In this document: piece by piece, positions 23,428-35,556 of the stretch
How the letters are laid out: each line of letters opens with the position of its first letter
Numbering within the stretch: position 1 is the first letter of the stretch
DNA from: Utricularia gibba
Taxonomy: Eukaryota; Plantae; Magnoliophyta
Assembly: GCA_002189035.1 (NCBI GenBank)
Contig: CM007989.1
Location: 4,526,001-4,590,000 of the forward strand
DNA length: 64,000 nucleotides
Reading direction: 5' to 3'
Notes under the pieces: model-generated
The model's input: the letters and a program-made list of their open reading frames with translations, nothing else
Databases searched by the model: none
What the model was told of the DNA's origin: nothing
Program-made: the position numbers and the translations under genes

Positions 23428-25503
23428 CTTACGAGATGATGATCGGAGGTTGCTGAAAAGGAAGATGGCCCCATCGGACCCGGTGGTTCGCCGGAATTCA
23501 TTTGCAACCAACTCTCTCGGCTACTGAAAATCAGTGGCACAAATTGTAATCACTACAATTAAGAAAAAAAGAATGACCTGCATAACGACGGTATTTCTCT
23601 AGTCCTGAGTACTGTCTTTCACTGTTCTGTATTATGCTTACCTTCATCCGGATACTGCATGCATTCACCATTACAAAACTCACATCAAAATGATGTGAAT
23701 TGAAACAAATATGAACCAGATGAAGCCCATTGTGTCATTGCTATTCTATTGTTATTCTACGGATCCGCATTGACAATACACACAAAAAGAACTGATCAAG
23801 TTGCTATCCTTACACTGAAAGGCTCTAACCTGGAAGAGTTACTCCAAAGTGTTGGAGTGGTGGATGGGTGATTTGTATCCGCCTCTTGTTGCAGATCTCT
23901 GTGATCATTAAACTGCTGGCTTCTGGTGGGCCGATCACCGCCGCTGCCTACGGTGGAGATATCGTCTTCACCTGATCCTTCCGAATGCCCTTCAAGTTTA
24001 CAAAAGAAGCACAAAAGAGTATTAACATAAATTACACAATCCAGACATAAAAATGCAAATCAAGGATTAAACCACTGTTTTTCAGCACAGGATTTGAAAA
24101 TAAATATGCGTAATTTTAAGGATAAGAAGATAAAAAGCAAACCTGAGGTAGGCGGAGGCTTGTCAGTGGTTTTAACAGTTCGATACATCTGCATGCAGGA
24201 TCACATAAATGGGAATAAAAAAGACAGCCACACAATAATAATGAAAATAAAATAAAATTTACAAATGAATTGAATTTTATTTTGTCTCTTTGTTGCAGAA
24301 GTTTAGGAATTGTTTCTGGGGATTGGCAAGAATGATGTAGTAATGAGGTGTAATGCATTATTGTGAAATGATGACTCTTTCTGCTGCTTCTGCAGCATCC
24401 CCTTTTTTTGAATTATTTATCTCTTTTCCCTATGCTTTCTTCTTCTTCTTCTCCACTTCAGCCCATTCCTTCTTTAATAAATACATTCATAGTCATCGGC
24501 GACCGTGCCGTAGAAAAAACCACACACACGGAAAATACACAAACACAGAGACAGAAATGTGAGGTTTCAATTCCCCTTCTTAGGTATACAGTTCTTTTGA
24601 TTTGTTTCTTAAGTTACCTGCAAATGGCTTTTCACATGAGCAAGCGTCAGATCTTTAACATCCATTAGCTCGAGAACCGATTTCGGGGTCGCCCCTTCAG
24701 ACAAACAAAACTGTTGATTTGAAGCAAAAAAAGAAAAAAAAAAAAGAAACCTAAAACTATGAAGAATGGGTTTCAGGAGAGTTACTTTCATGGCCGCCGA
24801 GAAGCTCGACTGCATGAACAAAGCGGGCGTGTAGGCTACTCGTCCATCTCATTCTGGGAGCTCGCATGCTCCGTTTTGCGGGGATTTTTGGTAAAAATCT
24901 CGATCTCATATGATCATGGGATTGCAGTGGAATTGGAATGATACCAGGTAAACCACCTTGATATCCTCCGAGGAACCTCGGTGCGGCGGCGCCACCGCCG
25001 TTGTAGTAAGAAGAAGAAGCGTTCGGCCGGAGGAGCATATGATTCTCGACACCTGCACCTCCGGCGGCAAAATAAGGCTGTGCTGAGTTTGAAGGAGGAG
25101 GAGTGTTCCAAGGCCTTGGGTAAAACCGCATCTTGCTGGGAGCATCTTTCGAATGGTCCAGAGAAGATAGAAACGGGAACGGCCCCCGGTTCGACGAACC
25201 GGGATAGACCGGAATGCCCTTAATCGGTAGCGAAGAAGAATCCGTGTCCCGGTGGTGTTGTTCTTGAAGTTGACCCGGAGGGCGAAAAGGGTTTTGTTGT
25301 TTGAAGGTATTGGAAGCAAGGGAAAGCTCCGTCAAGCATGCTGCGGCGGCGCCACCGTGGGACACATCGGAAATAGTTTTATTGTGGGGTCTGGTGGAGG
25401 AAGTATCACAGTTCGGAGGGCTGATTTGAAGCGAAAGATCAGGGATTTGACTTGAAGAGGAAGAAGAAGACGATGGTTCCAAGAAAATCCCATCAATCGG
25501 CAT
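23428..25503 (-). CDS. KAN: KANADI-family GARP/MYB-like transcription factor (KAN1/RL9-like); exons 25503-24786, 24694-24618, 24188-24143, 23989-23830, 23523-~23428; final exon unresolved
   Basis: MPIDGIFLEP..PDLSLQISPP N-terminus; KRSMRAPRMRWTSSLHARFVHAVELLGGHE|RATPKSVLELMDVKDLTLAHVKSHLQ|MYRTVKTTDK; GT-AG introns in frame; 77-bp and 46-bp exons as typical for the family. An in-frame upstream ATG exists at 25533. Confidence 0.95.
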
Positions 25504-25897
25504 TTTTTGGATTTTCTTCCCCCCTCCACCCACTCACTCAAGGATTTGATTCCCAGCAATATCTACGTAAAAGAGACTTTCTTTTTGTCAGATTTTGAAT
25601 CAAACTATGCGACTATGAGTAAGATATGCAGTAAACTACACAAAAAATTGACCAGAAACTCCAGAAAACACGAGGATGAGGAGATTGGAGGCAACTCCCA
25701 CACAGAGCCAGAACCAAGAATCAACGAAAACCCTTGAAACCAAACAACAACTCAGCTCAATCTCCTCCAACTGAAGTCGATGGTGCAACTAAAGAATCAA
25801 AGACATAGATGGATGAAAGAAAACTGGGTAAGAAAGATAAAAGCCAAGGCGAATTTACAACCTGGAAATTGAAAAGAAGGTGTGATGTTTGAAATGG

Positions 25898-25919
25898 GAA
25901 GAAGAAGAAGAAGAAGAAG
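25898..25919. repeat. (GAA)n / (CTT)n microsatellite in the KAN 5' region
   Basis: gaagaagaagaagaagaagaag about 400 bp upstream of the KAN ATG. Confidence 0.85.
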
Positions 25920-28900
25920 CATCTGTTGTTTGGGGAGTGAAGAAAAATATAGAAGAAAATTGGAAATGGCAAAAGGGTGAGGCTGGGGTGTGGTGTTTCG
26001 TTTAATTCCTGGAGAGTATATATCGGACAATGACAGTAGAAAGAAGGTAGGTCTGAAAATAATAAATATAAACAAACTACTACTTTTATTATGATTATGA
26101 TAACTATTATTTAAATACACAGATAAACAACACACCATAATTTCTCTTCTATCGTCCTATTCAGAATCATCAATCTTGTTCATGTGCAATGGGGGAAACC
26201 ATTCATGTTTAAGTGATAACCTAAACTACAGCTATCAATTTATCACTAGAAAAATGAAACTTCTAGAATAATAATGTTAATGTAATTTTTTTAGAGAGTG
26301 ACATTACTGGCCACAAATGCGGACTGCGCCACAACCCAAATTGTATATGAGAAATGGGGTTAGCCATATTAGAGCAAACAATTCGGCTTCAAATTAAAAT
26401 AATTAAATATATAATAAACTATATATCACTATTAATTAATTGAGATTTATCTTTTCTCATATGATCCATATTTTTTATATATTTAGATTTTACATGTAGT
26501 TATTTGACCCATCGTATCCTTAATTTCAACAAACCAATTATTGATTTGCATCGCATTTGTTAATAAAAGTGGTGCATACGGATTGGCATATGGATGAGTT
26601 AAGTGAGACTGTAGCAAGTAACCTACAAACCCAAACCTTAATGGTAAAAAAAAAAGTCTTACCAGGGTGAGTAATGGAGGTTTGACAATGGGAGAAAACC
26701 AAGTTTGAGTTAACCCCAAGTGGTAAATAACAAAAGGGAGGGGTTAAAAGGTAGCAAAGAAAACGTGAATCTTGTTGACAATGTTCCTGATGCGTTTACT
26801 TTGGTGGGCAGAGGAGCGGTAGGTTAGGTTTCGGAGCGGGGCGGAGCGGATCCAACAGAAGCGAACCGGGAATGGACCCAGATTCTGAAAACCAACGCAG
26901 GGACAGAGAATTATCCAAGTCTAGGCGTAGGCAATTTAATCTGGGCTTAATTGTAATGCATCTATCGTGTATAATAGAATAAGTGTATGTGTGTGTGTGC
27001 TCAACTAGAGCTTTTACTTTTTCTCAGGAATGAACCTAAACAAACAATTGTATAATGGGCGTAGGGGGAATCACAGCAGACTTGATTCTTCCTACAGAAA
27101 CTACATAGCCGTATTCCCCCTCTTTTTCTCCCTCTGCTGAGGTCCTCCCACTTGGCATTTTCATATACTGGTGACAGGATTTGGGCTACGTCTTCTGATC
27201 CCAAGCATGTGCACACATTGCATACATGCCCATGCCCACCTTCAAACACTCTCTTTGGGAGTCTAACAGGTCGGTGATAAGTTGTTCTGGGAGGCTTGCA
27301 TGGGGCTAGACACCCTTCATTAGATTCATATATTGTACCGAGTCGGGCGGTTCGATCATTCCGGTCTGTCCTTCGCCATGAACGTGTGATGTAGTAATCT
27401 TGTATCATTTACGGAGGATGTAAGGGGCCAGGCCCTTAAATTTTGAAAAAAATAATAATTAAATACAATATAGCTTACTAAATGTGCTGGGTAGTGTGAG
27501 CTTTGTATAATTTAAGGTCTAATTGGAATGATTAATACTTTTGGAAAAACACTCATAAAAACTATCTTATGCTTCTTATTTTTAATAAATTGCAAAGATT
27601 CAAATTTTATTTATTAAAAATAGTTCTTAAAAAGTATTTTTCGAAAAAATTGAACCAACCATGATTTTATTCAAATTTTAAAAATGAAAATAATTTATTT
27701 TCCTTCCCTAACATCATAAATTGAGGGGAGCCAGAGATGGTGAATAAGTAGGTTAAATTCCTTTACTTATTTTTATTATTTTAATCAATAAATATAAGAT
27801 TATAAAGAAAAGAGGAAGCAACTTTAAAGTAGTTCTGAAAATCATGCATTTGTACATCAATGGGTTTGAATCAACAGGTTTCAGTATTCAAAAGCTTTTG
27901 ACTCATGCCAATATAAAAGATATTAGAATTATTTTAAAATATAAGGAAATTAAAATAAAATATATGCAAAATCGACCTAATAGAGACATGAGATTAATTA
28001 TTAAAGTATAAAAGGATAATACACTAACCTACGAAGAGATGCTGCTGATTCTTCTTGATTCCCTTTTCACATTTCCTGCAGTCATTCCCTTTAGCTAATG
28101 GTGCATTTATTGCAGTAGTTAATGTGGGTTTGATCAACCAAAGCATCTTAGCAATTTTTGATTGTTTTTTTGTGGATGTTAGGGAGTGCACATCCGATGG
28201 CTACCACTCATCTACACTTCTAAGCACACCACTCACCGTTTCAATAATGAATGGAGGTTTCATCTTTTGAGAGAAGAAGAGTGTTACTCAAACTATGCGT
28301 CGGGCAAGGGAGTTTCTGTAGAGGACATTGAGGGAGCTACTGTACTCCATATCATGTGTAAGATTAGGTTTACAAAATCTGCACCTTGTAGGGGCGAACT
28401 ATGCGTTTTTTTTTGCAAACCAAGCACTATCTTATCGGCTAAATATCAACATTAGCAAAAAAAATAATCATGCAACTTTTGTGGTCAAAAGCCAAAAAAA
28501 TGACACATACATACACATCATTCCACAAATTTGTTTAAAAAATTAGCATTTTCCGAAATCAGATATGAAATTCCATACTGTTGAAGTAAAATGCTTACCT
28601 TACCAACATGAGACATAAGTTTTCATTATAAAATTGCTACGCCAGTGAGATAATCAGAGTGTTTCATGGTCGTGGACGCGAGTTAGCAGTCCGATTAATT
28701 TTCACTTTAGATCTCGTATAAGTTCCGATTAATCGAATCATGGATTCATCACAAGAACAAAGTCATGTATATCTGTTGGGATGAATTAGAAAAGTAGACA
28801 TGTATCATAGAGTGTCTGAAAAAAATAACCACCGTATATCTAAATATTTTCTCTCTATGTATGTGAGAGAAAATGACGGTGAATATTTTTTTAAATGAGT

Positions 28901-31245
28901 CATATATATTGTTTGATATAAATTCAAACTATCATAAAATGGTTAATGAGATGAAATAGAAGGGTGAACCTCTAGAGAAACACATTTCCTTAACCAGCGA
29001 CTAACTGTTCTTTAGAATGGGTATTGATTACCATATAGCCATGAATTATTATGAATATTCAAGTTTTATGTTACCCTATTTAACTTGCCTACTACTATAT
29101 TAAAAAAAGCATTTAATGCTAATGGCATCAAATTGCTATGGTTACAAATTAAAAAAGGTAGGCTGTGTTGGGAATTTCGGATTGATTTTGGGGTTGATTA
29201 ATATAATACAAGTGTTTGGTTAGAAGTTTTAAATAAAACAGATGATTTAACTTAAAATTAATTTTTAGATAAATTTAAATATACTACATATACTAAAAAC
29301 AAAATAAATGATGTGTTTTATATTAATCTTTCTTTACATGTTTCTCTAACGTATCTAAATATATTTTTTAAAAAAAAACCTAGGAAGCACACCTTTAATA
29401 TTTACCATATAAGGGGTCTGCAGGGCGCATGGCATATGTTCACAAAGAGGTAGAATAAGCAAAGCATGTGGAGAATTGAATTTTATAAGAAAAGGGGTGT
29501 GTGCTTTATTTCACAAAGTGAATACAAAAGGGTAAATATTGTGAAAAAAAAAAGAAAGGAATCGTTAGAAAAAGAATGTGGCATCCCTTTCAAAATTTAT
29601 AATGGAGCATGGGAGGTGTAGGAAATTCTCGCCATATGTCTGTCTTTTGTCCCGCAGCACACGACTGCAGAGGTGCCCACAAGAATTCAGTCCTCTGCTG
29701 CTGCGCTGCGCTGATGCTTTGCCTTCAATTCTCCAGCGCAATACCATCAATTCTCTTTAACTCCACTCACCCCACCCACTCCTACTTCTTTCTTTTCCAT
29801 CTGCTTTTTCAACAAAAACAAAAAAGAACGGAAAATATAATGTGTTGGAGAGCAGGAAGAAGGAGAAGGGGTAGTTGTTTAGATCAGAAGCTCAGAAAAT
29901 CATCCCTTGGGGATTTGACGGGGGGCGGGGCGTGGTGTTGGATGCAAATGTCTGTGCTCTCTGTACTGCTTCTTTACCAACAACTCTATTGCATTGTGCT
30001 GTGTGTTCGTTCCCCACAATGTGAAAAGACGGAATGCCCCTTCATCGGTCTCCATCCACCAACTACTCCCACTGACCCTCAGTAAATGCTCCCCCGAGAT
30101 TACATTCCCCATGCTGCTAAGCCATGGCCAAAAATGATCCTGGCTGAGTGTTTCAACTAGTCCAAGAAACGTACTTGAAACCCTCAACAGTGGCGCAAAC
30201 AAAGGACCATATCACAAAATTGGTGCCTTCCTGAACCATTTTTACTCTATTTATCAGAGTCTGAATTTAACTACTAGCCACAGCCCATTTGATGAAAACC
30301 TGTAAGCAATGGAAATGATGTTAAATTTGAAGGCGTAACTGAGGTGGGGTGGAGAAATTAAGGATACAAAAATGCAGGGAGCACCTAAAATACGGGACTG
30401 GGGCTGAGGGAGATGGGGAGAGAAAGAGGGGGCCCCCATTCTCTCTCATACACATGGTTTCTCGAAGGAGGGGAAAGGGACAGAGAGGGGAAGGAAGGCG
30501 CAGGGCTGACATTTTATCCGCAGCAGTAGAAACAATGCAACAAACAGAAGAGAGAGAGGGAGAGAAAGGGTGGAATGATTTTGCAATCGATTGCTTTATG
30601 ATTGAACACTCAGAGGAACAAGTGAAAAAGCATGTGAGACAACTGTTGTAGTAGGGTTACCAGCTTAATACTCACATTCTTCAACCTTCTGTCACCTTCA
30701 TTTACCCACCATTCTGAGCTTACAAAACATGTTTATCTACTAAACACAACGTTACTGAGCCGATTCTCCATTCTTTAACTAGCTGAGTCGGCTTGAGTTG
30801 ACCATTCAAACCCAAAGACTCTCAGAACTATTGAAACCCTAAAACCTATCTCGTAAATCAAGACAAGAAAACCCCATTTGTCCTCTTATACGAGTTGCTG
30901 CTCATTTTTAACAAACAACCCACATGGCTATTGTGTTGTCAAATCGAACTGTTAACCAGCAGAAACCACCCATTAGTCGCAAACCAGTCAAGCACTGAGA
31001 GGGGCTGAGATTACGCTTCTGTGTAATTTTTTATCAGCAAGCAAATGGGTGTTAATGGGAGATCTAACCCAACCAACCGAACATGGTTTAATTAAAAAAC
31101 AAACGTTTGAAAACCTACATTAGCTTGGGTAACTCTCCCATGGGAATCAGTTGAATCTGAATGGCATTCATTGCCATCCAACCCTTGAGAAAAAAGCTTG
31201 GGATTTTTTGTTGCTGCGGTGGTGGGGAATGGGATACGGTCAAGG

Positions 31246-31265
31246 GACCTGACCTGACCTGACCT
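31246..31265. repeat. (GACCT)4 perfect pentamer repeat
   Basis: gacctgacctgacctgacct. Confidence 0.9.
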
Positions 31266-34200
31266 GGGAGCAGGAGTAGGGGAGGGTTAACTAGGCAAAG
31301 TAGCTGACCGTATTGTCTCCTCCTCCACATTTAAGGCGCGCCATTCTGCACCCTCGTCTTCATTATTCACTCGCCATCATCATACCAACATTATTATTTT
31401 GTACCAGCAATATCCTCCCCCGAAACCAAAAGAAACAGACCAGATTATATCCATCTTTTGGTCCACCAAACAATCTCATTTTCAGGGTCCATTCGGCTTT
31501 GGGGAGGGACATAATGCATGAATAATTAAGCTTCTTGTCTGGGGGATTTAGTGTTCTCCATCGGCGCAGTTCCAGTTCGTTTATATTATATCGCCCCAAT
31601 GCCACTACAGTATTTCCTAATGACGACGACCATCTCCCACGAACTCCAAGCTCAACGCGGCCAAAGCCACACACGGAAATCTGACACCAGTTGCCCCACT
31701 CCTTTTAATGCAGTAACCTTATGTACGGAAACGAAGGCAAGGCGGGGGTGGAAGAAAGTGTTATTGGGCCAAGATGACAAAGGGCCACCACGCCGGTCCG
31801 GATCCGAACTCAATTATGGGAAATATATATATTACCCTTTAGTAACACGTTATTTGAATTATTTACATTTAAATAAACATGTATCATATAATTAAAATTG
31901 AAAATATTTTCATTTTTCGATACAATTATAATAGTTGGAAAAAAATCAAATTTTACGTAATTAAGAAAACTTAAGTGGGAGAAGAATTTCAAAACAAAAT
32001 ATGGTTAGAGGGTTATATAATTGTTTTACATATTTTTGTATAACATTCAACATCTAACAAACACGATGTTTAAGGTGTGAACAACCTTACCAAATGCAAC
32101 TTAATCAACAACAAGGCCACAAAATATAGTAATTATGAAACTAAAGTAAAAAATTCTGTCTGCTAATTTTTTTAAGCAAAATCACCCTAGAAAATCAAGC
32201 ATTTCTAAAGAGAAAGCAGAAGATCAGAGCAATCGTGGTTTTAAAAATGCAGGAAAGATGTATAAAAATGTGAAATTGTGATTTTTGGATTATTACCCTA
32301 ATTTAGTTACATAAAAGTGTGCCTATTTCTACAAGAAATACAAGTGTCTATTACTCTTCAATGGTGTTCCTCAATGTAGCTTGAGCTTTGTCATGTGGCC
32401 ATTGTAATTTAGGAAACTTGGGCCAGTACAAAATGATTTTGTTGACCCAAATCTTACCCATTTTTCGTTTTCATACAAGTAATATGTTTTTTCTTTTATT
32501 ATTTTTCTTCCAACAAGATAAGTCTAATCAAGGTGCTATGATAGACTCAACATTCCTCTATGATAGGGTGAATCAAGCTCCTCATGATTAGTTGAAATTC
32601 ATGTTTGTGGACTTCGTCATTCAATTTTTTCCCCTATGTTTCATAGCTTGGAGTAGAATGAATGAGACAAATCAACAAAATATCTCAAGTGATAACCCTA
32701 AAGTAGCAGTTTTAATTTCTATCTTTGTAGACATAATTGTTTGATAGCTAAAGTATTTGCTAATTGTCTTTCCATTGTAACATATTTGAGTTTAATTTTC
32801 TTTCCTTTGATGTAGATTTTGATGGAAGTAATATACAAAACTAGACAGAATTTGATGAAGAAAATTATTTCATTCTATTGCATTTTTATTATATACTTTT
32901 ATAGCATCATAAAAATATAGTTTTTTTTTCTTAAATATCTAATGAAACTACAATAAAACAATTTCTATAAACTTCCAAGAACTACTTTGTCATCGTCATC
33001 CCTTTGCCAAGATCATCGTTGACTCATCATCTTTCAACATCCTATCTTGAATTAGAATGAGGTTGCATTCCAATCAATTGTCTAAGATGAAAAAACACAT
33101 TGGCTTTAAGAGGCTTAGTAAAAATATAAATTGACTGATCTTCTTCTCTAACATCTATTAGATCAATCTGCTTTTCAGAAACACACTCTCGAATATAATG
33201 GAACCTGGTACTAATATGCTTACTTTGTGCATGATGAACCAAATTTCTACCAAGTGTGATAGCTGATTGTTATCCACAAAAATCTTCATTGGTTCTTGAC
33301 ACAAGAAACCCAAACTATCTAGCACATACTTTAAACAAATAGCATGACATGCACAACTATTTACTATAATGTACTCAACTTCACATGTTGATAAGTCACA
33401 ATGGCTTGCTTCTTAAAATTCCAAGTGATGGTTGTTTCTTCCAACAGAAACATATATCATGTTGTGTTTTTTTGAATCATCTTGGCTACGTGCCCAATCA
33501 CTATAATTGAAACTAAGAAGTTTAAATTCTTGAGACTTGCTAGACCATATCCCAAATCCTATAGTTCCTAATAAATATCTTAACATCTTTTAGTACCTTT
33601 CATGTGTGTTTTTGTCGATTGCTCCATGGAATAAGATATCAAGCCTAGTACTTGTTAGATAACACAGACTTCCAACTAAACTGTGTAATCAGTAGAGTTT
33701 ACAGCCTGAGAATGATCATCCATCAATAGCTTCAATCCGCACTCCATTGATGTCCGTGTAGAATTGCATTTTGTCATCTTATATTTACCAAGAATACTCT
33801 TATTAAAGTGTTCTTGATCAATAAAAATTTCATCTTTCAACTACTTGGCCTCAATTTCTAGATAAAAACACATAACCCTAATATCAATCATTTCAAATTT
33901 ATCCTTCAATTCCTGTTTGAACTGGGTGATCTCATCAACATGGTTCCCTGTACAAAGAATACTCACAAGGGTAATATTTGAAATTCTTCTTCACAAGATA
34001 CCCATCTATGCTCTAGTTCCATGCTCGAGGGGCTTGTTTTAATCATATGATTTGTGTTCAGTTTCAATATTTTGTCTTTAAAATCTTCAAACATGTACTC
34101 AAGGGTATCTCAATATAGACTTTCTCTTTCAACACACCATTTAGAAACACAACTTTCACATCAAGTTGTCAAAGCTTCCATCTATGGAAATACAACAATG

Positions 34201-34639
34201 GCTAGAAAAAAATGTATAATGTCCATTCATATAATTGGCGCAAAGACTTCATCATAATTGATCCTAATTTTCTACTTATATCCTTTCACTATAAGTATTG
34301 CTTTAAATCTCTCAATTTCATCCTCTCATTTCTTTTTACTTTATACACCCATTTAACACCTGTAGGAGCATTATGCGTAGTTTAGGTATCATATTCCAAG
34401 TCTTGTTCCATTCAATCAATTGAAGCTCCTCCATCTTTTCTCATTCAAGATGGCCTTTTGCATCCTCAAAACCCAAGATGATGTTTCACCTCCATATACC
34501 ATAAATTTGATTCATCAAATCCTCTATCTTTCTTGCATGCCATTCATAATATGAAAATGTCCTCCTACAGTGATTGTGATGTTTCTTGAATAATATTTGA
34601 TTGCTCTTCTCATTCAGTATGACATTCCTATGTGTAATG

Positions 34640-35556
34640 AGTTCTCTTATGAAAAGTTCTCTTTTTTTATGTTTATGTGTGTTTAAGTTAATTTTGTGTG
34701 ATTATGTTAAAAAGTGGACTAAATCCTTTGATTTAGTCCACAACCTTTGTTACTAATATTTCAGTAAGCTCAGCAGAGAGTTCAACAGAAAAATCAGACT
34801 TGCAAACGTGTGGAACAAGTGAAAAAGTGCGCAAAATTCAGAGAAGAACAAAGAGCACTGTTCTGCCACCACCGACAGTCTGCAAGTTCAGGCCGGGAAC
34901 AGTGCAATGGAGTGAAGGAAAAGGGAAATTTATTTCGAAAAGGAGGGAGGTGCGAGAGAAGACAGCAATAGCGAGGGGACGCAAGGGGGCTTCTTCCCCA
35001 ATGCAAAAAACACCAACTAGAAGCGGGGAAGAAGGCCTTCATCATCAAGAGCAACAGCGGAGCCCCAGTCCAGCACTACTGTTCCAGGTTGTGAACAGTA
35101 GCGACCGGGCGAAAGAACACTCTTTATTTGCTTTCCGTTTTCTGAATGTTTCAAGTTTCTGTATTCGACTTGCTTACAATGTTTATGTTATTTTCGCCAG
35201 CTTATATGAATGAAATCGTGTTTTTTTCCCAAGCATGAGTGGCTAAAGTCATAGGGATGCCTTAAGGTGAACTTAGAACCACTACCTGTCATCTTTAGCG
35301 TTGAGACTTGATATTGCTTACCTACCTTGTTTACTGAACTTGTTTACCACTGTTAGTCCGAGCTTAGACTAAGACCTACTGTTATCCGAAATTATGCATG
35401 AACTAACACACTTAGCAAGCACAAGCTTTTCGTGATCGACCCCGACATCCATACAAGTTTTCTAAATTTGTATTTTGTGTAGATTAGAGACTATAAATTT
35501 ATTTGATAACAGATTTCTATTTTTATTGCAACGATATTAAGAATTCCCGTTTATCA
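34640..35556 (+). mobile_element. LTR, family A (copy A3), internally deleted, no matching TSD
   Basis: Same hairpin and CGTTTATCA end as A1; lacks ~400 bp present in A1. The left flank is Copia and the right flank is Tat integrase. Start approximate. Confidence 0.75.

Noticed and set aside
24759-25737. Several overlapping 60-137 aa ORFs
   Set aside because: Shadow frames of the GC-rich KAN exon 1.
28323-28341. ggacattgagggagctact resembles mature miR159/319
   Set aside because: Needs indels to match, and no complementary star arm or fold-back was found upstream.
29160-29400. Possible Tourist-like MITE (ggctgtgttgg start); similar AT-rich candidates at ~26480-26740, 48090-48260 and 59400-59700
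   Set aside because: Could not identify paired TIRs and a TSD by eye.
29945-29970. gtgctctctgtactgcttct resembles miR156/157 star sequence
   Set aside because: No matching mature arm nearby.
30754-30798. Hairpin actgagccgattc...gagtcggcttgagt, vaguely miR171-like
   Set aside because: Only ~13 bp including G-U pairs and a bulge; too short for a plant miRNA precursor.
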